Shown in pieces: positions 52,646 through 64,000 of a DNA stretch of 64,000 nt (the stretch's first letter is position 1; the number at the start of each line of letters is the position of its first letter). A program made the position numbers and the translations under genes. This DNA is from Ophelia neglecta. Its lineage: Eukaryota. The notes beneath the pieces were generated by a model. The model worked only from the letters and a program-made list of their open reading frames with translations. It was not told the DNA's origin and ran no database searches. Location of the stretch: positions 62,062,001 to 62,126,000 of the forward strand of contig OZ260666.1 in the NCBI GenBank assembly GCA_965285935.1, written 5' to 3'.

Positions 52646-52830
52646 ACCTCAATTGTTTAAATGATGATAAGCTGCATGAGATTCGTGAGTATGTTCGCCG
52701 CCATGCCAGATGCACATCAAACAGCACCACATTAAGTAACAACAACTGTACAGACCAGAGCAGCTGCTGTAGTTCTGTGGAGAGCAGTAGCGAATGTAAC
52801 TCGCCCCCACAGAAAAGAGTTCCAACAAAA
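52646..52830 (+). CDS. FAM199X: FAM199X coding exon 5 (DLNCLNDDKLHEIREYVRRH...Ser/Cys-rich linker...KRVPTK)
   Basis: Acceptor ttttgcattgcag|, donor AAA|gtgagt, 185 bp, phase 1-0. The LNCLxDxKLxxxRxY motif continues exon 4. Confidence 0.93.
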
Positions 52831-52983
52831 GTGAGTAGAGGTGAAAACTGCCATTTATCAGATAAACATTTCTTTCCAACAGCAGAATAGAAGTATGATG
52901 TTCTTGACAATGTTGTAATAAGAACAGTTTAAGGTTTAGAGGCCTGCTGTGTATATGACTCACCATATGTTATATGTGTTTAG

Positions 52984-53151
52984 AAGCAGCGCCGGGAGGA
53001 GCGCCGGGAGGCCAGACAGAGACAGAGAAAAGAGTACAGGCAGATGATGAAAGAGCGTCGCAGCGGTCTCTTCCAAAAAGAGGAAGTCCTCTCCCTCAAC
53101 AGCTGTGACCAAGACAATGCTGACGATGACCAGGACATAGATATATTATAA
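52984..53151 (+). CDS. FAM199X: FAM199X terminal coding exon (KQRREE...KERRSGLFQKEEVLSL...DQDIDIL*)
   Basis: Acceptor tatgtgtttag|, stop TAA at 53149-53151. The KERxSGLFxxEEVLSL motif and acidic D(I/V)D(I/V)L end match FAM199X. Joined CDS = 915 bp, 304 aa. AATAAA at ~53208. Confidence 0.93.
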   Translation, partial: KQRREERREARQRQRKEYRQMMKERRSGLFQKEEVLSLNSCDQDNADDDQDIDIL

Positions 53152-53509
53152 CCAGCCTAGTACAATATGCATACTCTTTTGGATTTTTCAGAGTGGATTT
53201 GGAGAGAAATAAAACTAAATCCGGAATCAGGAGTTTAGGAAAACATTGAAACTCTTTCCAACTTCCCCATTTCGGAAAATTGGAAGTGGGGATGGAAATT
53301 AAGCTACTATTAAATTTTTATACTCAGGAATGGTTTAAGAATTGCCCTTTAGCTTAATGATTGTTTGTGTAATGGTACGCACGAACAATTATATTTCAGC
53401 ACAATTTTTTATTTGATTCTCTTACAAAATACCAGTCTGGAAGATGTAGAAAGAGTATGCCATATGACATCCACTAGCCTGTAAACGGCAGATCTCACTA
53501 GATACATTC

Positions 53510-55330
53510 ACATCTCCCCTGTCTCCACTGTGATAAGAGGAGGACATCTCCTACCGTCCTTCTCTGCTAAGATATATCTCTGGTCTCCTCCCTTCTGGGG
53601 CATATCTCTATAATATCCTCTCTGTTAGGAGGACACCTCTCTTTTCTCCTCTCTGCTAGGACATTTCTCATGTCCCCTCTCTGTTAGGAGGACACCTCGC
53701 TTGTCTCCTCTCTAATAGGACATATCTCCTGTCTCCTCTCTGTTAGGAAGACACCTCTCTTGTCTCCTCTCTGCTGGGACATATCTCATGTCCCCTCTCT
53801 GTTAGGAGGACACCTCTCTTGTCCCCTCTCTGCTAGGACATATCTCCTGTCTGCTCTCTGTTAGGAGGACACCTCTCCTGTCTGCTCTCTGTTAGGTGGA
53901 CACCTCTCCTGTCCCCTCTCTGTTAGGAGGACACCTCTCTTGTCCCCTCTCTGCTAGGACATATCTCCTGTCTGCTCTCTGTTAGGAGGACACCTCTCCT
54001 GTCTGCTCTCTGTTAGGTGGACACCTCTCCTGTCCCCTCTCTGTTAGGAGGACACCTCTCTTGTCCCCTCTCTGCTAGGACATATCTCCTGTCTGCTCTC
54101 TGTTAGGAGGACACCTCTCCTGTCTCCTCTCTGTTAGGTGGACACCTCTCCTGTCCCCTCTCTGTTAGGAGGACACCTCTCTTGTCCCCTCTCTGCTAGG
54201 ACATATCTCCTGTCTGCTCTCTGTTAGGAGGACACCTCTCCTGTCTGCTCTCTGCTAGGTGGACACCTCTCCTGTCTCCTCTCTGTTAGGAGGACACCTC
54301 TCTTGTCTCCTCTCTGCTGGGACATATCTCATGTCCCCTCTCTGTTAGGAGGACACCTCTCTTGTCTCCTCTCTGTTAGGTGGACATATCTCCTGTCTCC
54401 TCTCTGTTAGGAGGACGCCTCTCTTGTCCCCTCTCTGCTGGGACATATCTCATGTCCCCTCTCTGTTAGGAGGACACCTCTCTTGTCCCCTCTCTGCTAG
54501 GACATATCTCCTGTCTCGTCTCTGTTAGGAGGACACCTCTCCTGTCTCCTCTCTGCTGGGACATATCTCATGTCCCCTCTCTGTTAGGAGGACACCTCTC
54601 TTGTCCCCTCTCTGTTAGGAGGACGCCTCTCTGTTAGGAGGACGCCTCTCTGTTAGGAGGACACATCTCCTGTCCCCTCTCTGTTAGGAGGACACCTCTC
54701 TTGTCTCCTCTCTGCTAGGACATATCTCATGTCCCCTCTCTGTTAGGAGGACACCTCGCTTGTCTCCTCTCTAATAGGACATATCTCCTGTATCCTCTCT
54801 GTTAGGAGAACACCTCTCCTGGCCCCTCTCTGTTAGGAGGACACCTCTCTTGTCTCCTCTCTGCTAGGACATATCTCATGTCCCCTCTCTGTTAGGAGGA
54901 CACCTCGCTTGTCTCCTCTCTAATAGGACATATCTCCTGTCTCCTCTCTGTTAGGAGGACACCTCTCCTGGCCCCTCTCTGCTAGGACATATCTCTTGTC
55001 TCCTCTCTGTTAGGAGGACATATCTCCTGTCTCCTCTCTGTTAGGAGGACACCTCTCTTGTCTCCTCTCTGTTAGGAGGACACCTCTCCTGTCCCCTCTC
55101 TGTTAGGAGGACACATCTCTTGTCTCCTCTCTGTTAGGCGGACACCTCTCCTGTCCCCTCTCTGTTAGGAGGACACCTCTCCTGTCCCCTCTCTGTTAGG
55201 AGGACATATCTCCTGTCTCCTCTCTGTTAGGAGGACACCTCTCCTGTCCCCTCTCTGTTGGGAGAACACCTCTCCTCTCTGCTTGGACGTATATCCTGTG
55301 TCCTCTCTGTTAGGTGGACACCTCTCCTGT
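53510..55330. repeat. Minisatellite with 31-bp and 28-bp unit variants, downstream of the FAM199X stop
   Basis: Units CTCTCTGTTAGGAGGACACCTCTCYTGTCYC (31 bp) and CTCTCTGCTAGGACATATCTCMTGTCYS (28 bp), about 60 units, degenerate at both edges. Confidence 0.97.
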
Positions 55331-57571
55331 ATCATGTGTTATGGTGATGTCCACATCGGCTGCTGCCTCAGATAAACTACCTCCTAACGGTTTTATTCTG
55401 TGTCTTATGAAGCCTGTTTATAAATAGCTGGACAATTCAGATGCAAATGATTTGTAATGATGTTTGTTTCTTGTGAGATCTGATGTGAATTATAAATTGT
55501 ACATGTGTGTATATCTTTTGAGAATTATTGAATTGGAAAGTGCAAATGTCAGGTTCAATGTTAAGATTAAATATATATTTCAAATTTAGTGAAGTATCAA
55601 CTAAAATATTTATTTCTACTTTTACAACGTGGTACTTGGTCTAACCACTAGTAATAATTTATTAATGGGTCTATCTAATGAAATTAAATTTATCAATTTT
55701 ATTTAAAAGTATTCTAAAACAAAGCTGCTTCTCAGCGAACTTTACCACTCAGCATTAAAGTGCCATCGCACTAAGTGATTATCTGTTTGGTCACAATAAA
55801 TGAACTAATCCCAATGTAATTTGACTTGAGAGCACTGGCAAACCCAATTGCTGTACCAATTTGAAAATAAAAATTATATTAAAATTGAATACACCTGTAT
55901 ATCAGATGCACTTTTTCTAGCCTGTAATATGTTTTTATAAATTGCAGGCTCTACGAGTGCTATATAAATTGGAATTTGATAGCTTAGACAGCTTATGCAT
56001 AGCTTTTTAAGTGAAATATTCCAATTTTCGGTGACCAGAAGCTCGTTTAGTACATAAGATATAAACAACGTGAATATTTAAACGATAATTGGTACACTTA
56101 AGACAAATAAAAGAAAACCAGATCATTCCCTTTAAATGATTCTAGCGTGGTCAGATTTTGAAAACATATCGTTGTATACCACTAATTAAAGATATTTAGG
56201 GGTAGCGGTAAGGGATGGGAGGGGCATTTTTCTTTTTCTTTTTTTAATCTATAGGAAGTTGCAACAGAGTATTAATTGAATGCAAAGGGTTTCTACAAAA
56301 CTCAATTTGGCTGATAAATGAACGATAGAATGAAAGGCAGATGGACATTGCTGAAAGTGCAGAGGGATTAATTTGATGCTGTGGCAGACACAAGAATTTT
56401 CCGGGTCCCCTGCGAATGCGGGGGCCATGGCAGGCCTGCTCATTGTGCGTTTTTATCACTAAGTAACAAATTAAATAATTAAAACCAATTAATAGAGAAA
56501 TGTCCAATGTTACGTAGGTCTATGCATAGCAGTTCATGTGTACCATACTTCATACTGTTCTCCATTTTAACATAGGCGTACAACCAAACTTCAGAAACCC
56601 CGCACTAAATTAGGAGAAGGAAAATTTATACATATCACGACTAAAAGAAAACATGTAGCAGAAAAAAACCATATTATTGGTAAGGAGGTCAAAAACTTTT
56701 AAATAACAAGACTGAGTACCCTTTTGAAATGTCCTCTGGAAACTCCTGACAGGTGAAAGGGAGGCAAATTGAAATCATACCTTGGGGGGGGGGGGGGGGA
56801 GGAGGCAAGGGTGAGGGGTGCACATTTTCCCCATCCATGGATATGCAAAGTACCGGTATGCATTATGTGCCTAGAATTAAGAATAGTTGAGTGCGGATGA
56901 ATTTTCTGTTTACGAACTCAACAAGAGGCCAATGTCAAACTGAAGGTCATCAGTGGAATCCAAACACATAACTTCTCGGTGGTGGTCAATACTTTTTTTA
57001 TGGCTACAAGTATCTAGTTATTAAAGTGGTCCAAAGGACAAGCAGCTGATGAACAAGCTAAGTGAGAGCTGTAGGGTAAGACCGCCTAACTTCTCGCACT
57101 TTTTACTAAATTTGGATTGAGACTTTTGTTAGAACCATGGCGGTAAAGGAGCCTGAAAATGGAAGTACTATTTGCCCGAGCTTCACGCAAACTTGTTTAA
57201 TTTCGCTTACAGCATGAGTGGTTTTATGTTCTATATTGTACTGTGAATTAGAAAACTCCTGAAATATGTATTTCTTTATATACTTAGAAGAGTATGAATG
57301 GTAAAATGAGAAATAAACAATAAATATGATATTTTCTAATTAACTTCGAGATTTGCCTCACTTCGCCCACCCACATAGTCAATTTACGTAATAAAGGGTC
57401 ATAGACCCGCAACATGGCTTGGACAAAATATACTTTTTTTTTATGTTTTTGAAACAAAATATTGATACATTATTGATGTCGGATAATTTTTAAGTTATGA
57501 TAAGCATTGCCCCGCTTGTTTACTGCTTGGTATTTATGTAAAATTCATTTCAAAATAGCACGCGAAGTCCG

Positions 57572-57654
57572 GCCATAGCCATAGCCATAGCCGTAGCCAT
57601 AGCCATAGCCACAGCTATAGCCACAGCCATAGCCACAGCCATAGCCATAGCCAT
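57572..57654. repeat. (GCCATA)n hexanucleotide microsatellite, ~14 units with GCCACA/GCCGTA variants
   Basis: Read directly from the sequence. Confidence 0.95.
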
Positions 57655-58398
57655 TCGAGGTGCGAAGCTAAGACAACATATCCAAATATGTTTTTGCTAT
57701 AAACAACCCTTTTTGCAATAAGTATTCACAAAATAAAATAAGAGCAACAGAGAAAAACAATTTCTTATGGAATAATACCCTCCGTGTGTGTTTGTGTTAA
57801 CTTCTGCCTCACAGGGCTGCTGCTTATATTCGTTTTAACTATATGTGATATTTCTAAAAAAAATTAAACAAATTTAATGTTCATTTTTAAGTTAAAAATG
57901 TCCGCAGCTGGTTCCCACAAATATACACACAACCATTCATGGTTCCGTTTGGTAGATAATGATCAGAGCTACAGATATGTTTATTTCTTGGTGGGGGCTA
58001 GACGCACCAAACCCCCGGGTAAAAAGCACCCCTGTGCCTTTTGCTCCGATTAACCAAATGTTGACGTCGTTATGTAAAATCATGCCCTGGATACTTAATT
58101 CTTCAGAAGCAAATTTATCTCAACATTCTAAATGAAAATCGTAAAGCAAAAAGGTTGTTCATTTTGTAAACAAAATCCATTTGAAAATGTACGAAAAGTA
58201 ACAAAATAACAGCGTTAAAGGGAAGCAATGTCCTTACTTAAACCAGGTGGTTTAAGTAACACGATTGCCACGGCTTCTGGAGAGAACAACAACTAAGCAC
58301 AAGCCATTTAATGTGTTTGAAGGTATCACCTGTCTCCACGGAGCCCATTCGCTGGACCTGTGGTGCGGCACTCCTCCTTTGAGGACATTAATTACTAT

Positions 58399-59067
58399 TT
58401 TCCTAAACTTTCCGCGCATAAAGTAGTCGTATTCCCATCATAACTTGCTCGGAATAAGACTAGGTCATGCGAGGAATTAAACAATGTGGACTTTCCTTTA
58501 GATTCACCGTACACTGTGCGTGGGTTAAGCCTTTTATCTGAGCGGAATAAGCCTACTTCCTCAGTGGAATTAGCCGAATTTCTGCGCGGCAATAAACGAT
58601 GTGCGAATTTACCTTGTCCTATTTAACATTAGTTAATAACACGACATAAAAACAATGCATTTTACATAAAAGTCTCCATATTTTCTCCCCATTTATCACA
58701 CGTGTGAATTAACAGAACACCAATAAAAAGTTTAATAATCAATCATAGGAAACTAAGTCAATATATTACGTGATTTGGGTGAAAAGTACACCAGATAAAT
58801 AATAAACACGGGGATTTAGATCCACAGACTAAAAATACCAGTACATAGTCTTCTGGACCAAAAACACCTCGATAAGGTCTCTAATCCATCAAGTACGCTT
58901 ATTTTATTTAGTTATAGGGTTGAGTCGGGTAATCTCGCGCAGAAAATAGCCTCATTCCGCGCATGGATTAAGGCTACACTGTGTGCAGAATTAGGCGCTG
59001 CCCGTAATTACCCGACTTTCCCCTCAATTTACAATATAGTGCTAAGCGCGCGGAACCTATAAGGAAA
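58399..59067. mobile_element. Old palindromic (MITE-like) element with long imperfect inverted arms
   Basis: tttcctaaactttccgcgc... pairs imperfectly with ...gcgcggaacctataaggaaa. An inner arm, agccttttatctgagcggaataagcct (~58528), pairs with agcctcattccgcgcatggattaaggct (~58948). Confidence 0.45.
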
Positions 59068-59199
59068 GAGACCTGCGTTCACACTGTGTCCGGAGTAAGC
59101 CTGCTAGCTGAGCGAAATTAGCCCTTTACGTTTTATTTTCCGTAGCCTTTCTATGTATAAGCATTGATAAATTCAAAACCCCGAATAGGCCTAGGCATA

Positions 59200-62100
59200 T
59201 TGCAACAACAATGACAAACTTCGATACCAGCAGCACAAAAGGTGAAGGAGAACCAGAAACAGTTACGCGACAGAATAAACAATTTAGAAAGTACGAAAGA
59301 TGAAGACGGAAAGCTCTGGGAAGCTAATGGAAAAATGATGTATAGCATGCTCGATGACATTGAAAAACTGGAAAGACATGCAGCTTTCCCAAGATTGCCA
59401 TACTCTCCGGCCACCGATCCTGCCCCGTACCAAGCCCCTGTATTCTCCAAGTTAAATACTCACACGAGTGGCGTTCCTCGAGAAATGCAACCGCAGCAGG
59501 TAAACTTGGGAAGAACTACATGTAATCAGGTAGTAGATATGAATGTTCGATCAGCGGACTATGAACTAAACGGAGAAAATATGTATTCGTAAATACCCGT
59601 CAGAATAAGAAGGACGGAGCCAGACCAGCCCATGAACCAAGCAAGGAAAAGGCACAATGTGAATACACACGATACACAAACATACTACCGACGTGACACA
59701 AAAAGAACTGTTAAAGATACATTGCCACAAGGTATTGTTAAGTTTTACCTTGGAAATAAGGGAAGAAACGACGGCTGAAATATTTCATGGTTTTCTAAGT
59801 GAAAACTACTTTTTTGATGCCATTGAAGTAAGTGTCATGAAAAGTAAAACAACGGATGGCTTTGCAGCAATATTGACAATCAATAAAGTATTCACGGACG
59901 CGATACTTTCGAAAGACTTTTGGCCAAAAGGGGTTTATGCCCGCCATTGGAGGGATTACAAGAACATTTACTAGCAGTATGAGAGAAAAATCGCCGAATT
60001 CAACTGCCAGGGAAGCATGAGGAATGCTGGAAACATACAAGAGCTTTTGACCTCATATGACCTCGATGTCTTTGCCCTCACTGAACATAGGCTATTTCCA
60101 AACAGCCTTCATTTTCTGGGCTGTATGCATATATGTATCACTCGATTCACTGAACTCTTATAGGAGGGGGAAAGGTGGGGTGGCACTTATTTGGAATAGA
60201 AAATTAATAAATAAGATTAGATCTAAATCGCTCCCAACAAACTGTGACAGAATCGTTGAAATCGAAATTGAATATGGGAAAAAAACAGTTTATCACTCTC
60301 TTTGCTGTGTACCTACCTTCGTCGAACAACTCGGATGCATCATTTAACGAGTGTATAGTCATGCTTGACTAACTTTATCTTGAGTACTCTATCTATAGTA
60401 GGGTCATTATCATGGGGGACATGAACGCTGGTGTAGAAGGACCTAGGCTTCAACAGATTAATGTTTACAAACGGACAAAATTATTGAAGCTGTTTATGGA
60501 TAGAAATGACTTTCTCTCTCTCTGGGGTGAATTATAGTACCGGCCCATTATTCAGCTTCGAGCAGGGCGACAACTTACATAGCCTCTTTGACCACATCTT
60601 GCTTCCACTGACCATGTATGACCTTGTGTTGACCAGTTGTGTCCTTGATAGATATGTGCTGAACGTAAGTGATCACACGCCAGTCATGGCATGAATCACT
60701 GCGGAATAACTGTACTGCCAGTAATATTTAAAGTGTTTGAGCGAGTCATTTTACTCCGCCTGCAACGTTGGCTCGGTGACTGTCGGCAGCTTAGGCCCTT
60801 TCCACACCCACTTCAGTTTGGCTATCAGCGAGGAATGTGTAGTTTGATGACCTCCTATGTACTCCAAGACACTATCAGATTCCATGTAGAGAGAGAGGAA
60901 GCCCCGTGTCCGCCTGCTTTCTTGACTCTGCTACGGCATTCGATGTGGTGTGGCATGCTTGTCTCTTTGTGAAGCTCCATAAACTCGGCATACGTGGAAA
61001 AACATGGAAACTACTTGTAAACTCATATTCTGACATGACTAATAAAATACTCGTGTATGGTGAACTGTCGCAAAGCATAGCTGTCAATCAGTCTGTGAGA
61101 CCAGGAGCTGTTCTTGGCCCGTGGTTCTTTTAAGTTTATGATGTTTTACGATGAAATGCTATGGCAGTTGCAGGACTCTGGGTTAGGAGTGCGAGTAATG
61201 GACATATTCACCGGATGTCCCACTCAGGCAGATGATATTGTGTTGCTCTCTCTGTATCCTGATGACTTACAAAGCATGATTAATATTTGTTCGAGCTATG
61301 CGAAACAATGGAGGTTTAGATTCAACCCCGGGATAAGTAAAATAATGATTTTCGGGAAACGTCGGACAAAATCAAAACAAAACCAAGTGCATTGGCTCCT
61401 CGACGGGACACAGCTACCTGTAGTTGACGAGGAGACACATGTTGGCATACGGCTTAACAATAGGTTCAGCTCCGGAAGCCAAACGTCAGACGCCTGTAAG
61501 AGAGCCAGGGGACAGATTGCAGCCCTCTTTAGGCTGGGAGCTGGCCCAATAACTCTCACCAAACTCTACAAAAGCACTGTAGTGCCAAGTGCTTTCTATA
61601 GTTGTGAACTCTGGAATGACCTTACCAGCAGCCAGTTACAAGAATTGGAGGGATTCATACGGCTTGCGCTAGATATTTCAGGGTTTCCACCCACAATCCG
61701 ACTCCCAAATGACTTGCAATGATTGGATGGTGGTCTCTCTTTAGTGAATTTGCAATGCGTAAGCTCCGATTCTTTGGAAGAATTTGCAGATTACCGGACT
61801 CAAGTATAAAGAAACTCTTTCTACTCAAACTGTGGATCTCGGAGCGTTCTTTCTTAACGGACTCGAGTTTAAGTAGTGTGGACCAACTCCATTATAATTT
61901 GGTCATAAATGAAATGTCCAGTCCCCAACTTCTCTGGCAAACTCACCGATTCTGCCTGAGTAGTAGGGCTGCTGTTGGGGACTACGCAAAACTGTACGTG
62001 GTACCTTTTAGTTTTGTTGGATCCTGTCACTTATGCGGGGACAATTTTTGAGACCTTATAGTTCACAGACTTACTGAGTGCTCTCACTATGCAACTCATC

Positions 62101-62645
62101 GAGAAGTGTTTTGGACAGTAACCGACAATGTGTCACTGTATTTTGTCAACTATATAGAGACTTGCTCGAATAGGGACCTTGCCCTAACTATGCTTGGCTG
62201 TCCCGGTGAAGACATTGAGGCAGATGAGGTAATAGTGATTTAGACATGGGCTGCCAAAGTATTTAAAGAAGTAGGCAAACACATTTGGAATTGCGATGTA
62301 TGTAAACATGTTATTTGGAAAAGTCGGTAAAACTCATTTACCCCATGCGACAATCACATTGTAGCAAATTAGAGTAAGTTTATATTATGTAGGCTATGTT
62401 TTTATGTGATGGTTTCAATTGTAGAATACTGGGTGAGAGATATACGTTCTGAGACTTGACGCTTTAATGTCGAGAATGATAATGATGATATGTTTAAGCA
62501 AGTCTGCTTGTGAATTTCATATAATGGATTTGATTGATTATGATATTTAACATTTTCAATTGACACGTTACTTTTTTCACTTTAAATATATTATTTCTAT
62601 ATTCACTTTTATATGGTGTACTCTTCGATATCGGAGGAAATAAAG
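59200..62645 (+). mobile_element. Decayed non-LTR retrotransposon (APE-RT-CCHC; RTEX- or CR1/L2-group-like), with ORF1 remnant and frameshifted ORF2; 5' limit approximate
   Basis: ORF1-like coiled coil and ...FWPKGVYARHW end (59242-59974). APE motifs DVFALTEH, GKGGVAL, IMGDMNA, FDHIL and SDHTPV (~59980-60690). RT motifs QFGYQRG, FLDSATAFDVVWH, VRPGAVLGP and QADDIVLL (60691-61400). C-terminal CHLC...H...C (~62025-62080). Ends GGAGGAAATAAA. Multiple stops and frameshifts. Confidence 0.92.
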
Positions 62646-62659
62646 TCACAGTGATTGTT

Positions 62660-63590
62660 CATAGTATACTTGGTGTGTTGCCATTAAAAAATACTGATCG
62701 ATGAGAAAAAACTGCTGTTTATGGGAAGAATAATGCAACTTCCGCCAAACCATTTGGTGGTGAAAGTCTTCCGGGAGAGACTTCAGCATGCTTTATTCTC
62801 CTCAATATCAGGATACGGACTCCCACCTGACCTGATGGAGTGCATACGTCGTCTCGGTCTACGTGACCACCTCTTACGTCTGTATCGGTACGCTGAATGG
62901 CCAAGCCAGCTGGAATGGAAGCACTCGGCACAACAGCATCCTATTTTCCACACCTCAGGGGCTGCTTTTCCGCTCTTGGCAGCATTGCCAGTAAAGCAAT
63001 ATTAGCGCCATCCCCTTTTTCAATGTGTGAGGAAGAAATAACGGATACTGTGACTCACTTCATTTGTACATGCCCCAATTTCAGAGATGTACGCGATTTG
63101 CATTGGGATGCTATTTTTGATAACCCTCCACTCGCTGTGCACTTATATCAAATGGACAACAGGGATTTCGTGAAGGCTCTTTTTAGTAAAATTCAGTGTC
63201 ACCAGTACAATGTCGATGAGCTTCATCTCCAAAACCTAGAACTGCTAAAACTAACTGCTATCTACTGGGGTAGAATACATGATATTCTATAAGTGATTAA
63301 CAGCAAAAGTGGCAAACCATATAATTATGAAACAATCAAAGCTTATTGTATTATTTATAATATCTTCTATAACTGACTAAATTAATGATAACTGGTTTTC
63401 AAGAATACACATGTCAATTGTACCATCTTTATAGATTCATCTGAACTGGGCTTATTACCTTATTTTTCTTTCTTTTCTTTTTATATATATATAAGTATAT
63501 ACGTGAGTAGATTTTGTTTTTGTTATAATAATATGCTCCTCTGTTGTAAATGAGGGAAATAAAGGAAATAAATAAATAAATAAAATAAAT
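62660..63590 (+). mobile_element. Second, 5'-truncated non-LTR retrotransposon (ORF2 C-terminus plus 3' UTR)
   Basis: KLLFMGRIMQLP parallels KLRFFGRICRLP in the first element. Degenerate zinc knuckle (xSMCEEEITDTVTHFICTC), AT-rich 3' UTR, GAGGGAAATAAA and an (AATA)n tail. Confidence 0.8.
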
Positions 63591-64000
63591 ATATATATGT
63601 TACGCGCTATCTACCGATCCGCGCTATCTTAAGATTGCGCAGCACAAAGTACGGATCCTAACTTTTGCGCGGCAATCTTAAGATCGCGCTGCGTCATTTA
63701 ACTATCTGCGCAATCTTCTGATCGACCTGAAATGTCTAATGAACACTGCTTCTCATCATACTTTCGACGCTGTAATATTAACCGTTTTTAAGAAAAGTAT
63801 GCTTGTTCAGTGAAGTCGCTCGGTTAATCGCAAGTAAGCGGTCTTCAGCGACCCTTATAAAACCGTAGGATATGTCTAGACTATAGTCTATTGTAGTATC
63901 GTCGTAACATCCTAGGCCTAATTAGATGTAGATATAAGCGACGCCTCCTTTGGTTGCCGTTGGCTTTCGATGGAAATTGTCGGTGATGTACCGTGCTTCG

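Noticed and set aside
53510-55330. CRISPR-like array (28-31-bp repeats with a small hairpin)
   Set aside because: The units are head-to-tail with no unique spacers, there are no cas genes, and the context is eukaryotic. It is a minisatellite.
57572-57654. Telomeric repeat or coding repeat
   Set aside because: The unit GCCATA/TATGGC is not TTAGGG-like, and no exon context was found.
59242-62051. An active or domesticated reverse transcriptase gene
   Set aside because: Multiple frameshifts, in-frame stops, a large internal deletion and a degraded RT motif (RPG where RQG is expected) indicate a dead copy.

Overview
Eukaryotic (animal) genomic DNA with GT-AG introns, SINE/LINE/MITE remnants and satellites; a marine invertebrate, possibly a mollusc, is my inference from the repeat types. 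Two protein-coding genes lie head-to-head around a probable shared promoter at ~41.8-42.4 kb. (1) Minus strand: a KIAA1549/KIAA1549L (UPF0606/DUF3827)-like gene. Its Ser-rich, mucin-like ectodomain is encoded by one predicted 34,728-bp exon (35987..1260) with no stop codon. That exon contains ~3.7 tandem copies of a ~7.1-7.35 kb (~2,400 aa) unit, itself built from older ~200-aa subrepeats. Two small exons follow (1055..949 with an RRRKR furin-type site; 835..683), and the 3' end lies outside the window. (2) Plus strand: a complete six-exon FAM199X orthologue (42422..53151, 304 aa) that the ORF track mostly misses. Its intron 1 carries three nested DNA-transposon derivatives, intron 2 a SINE fragment, and intron 4 a 6 x ~550-bp tandem array; a 28/31-bp minisatellite lies downstream. 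The right end holds two decayed non-LTR retrotransposons. The standout candidate is the giant, repeat-expanded single-exon ectodomain on a KIAA1549-family protein, with a phase-symmetric exon whose acceptor resembles a recursive splice site.
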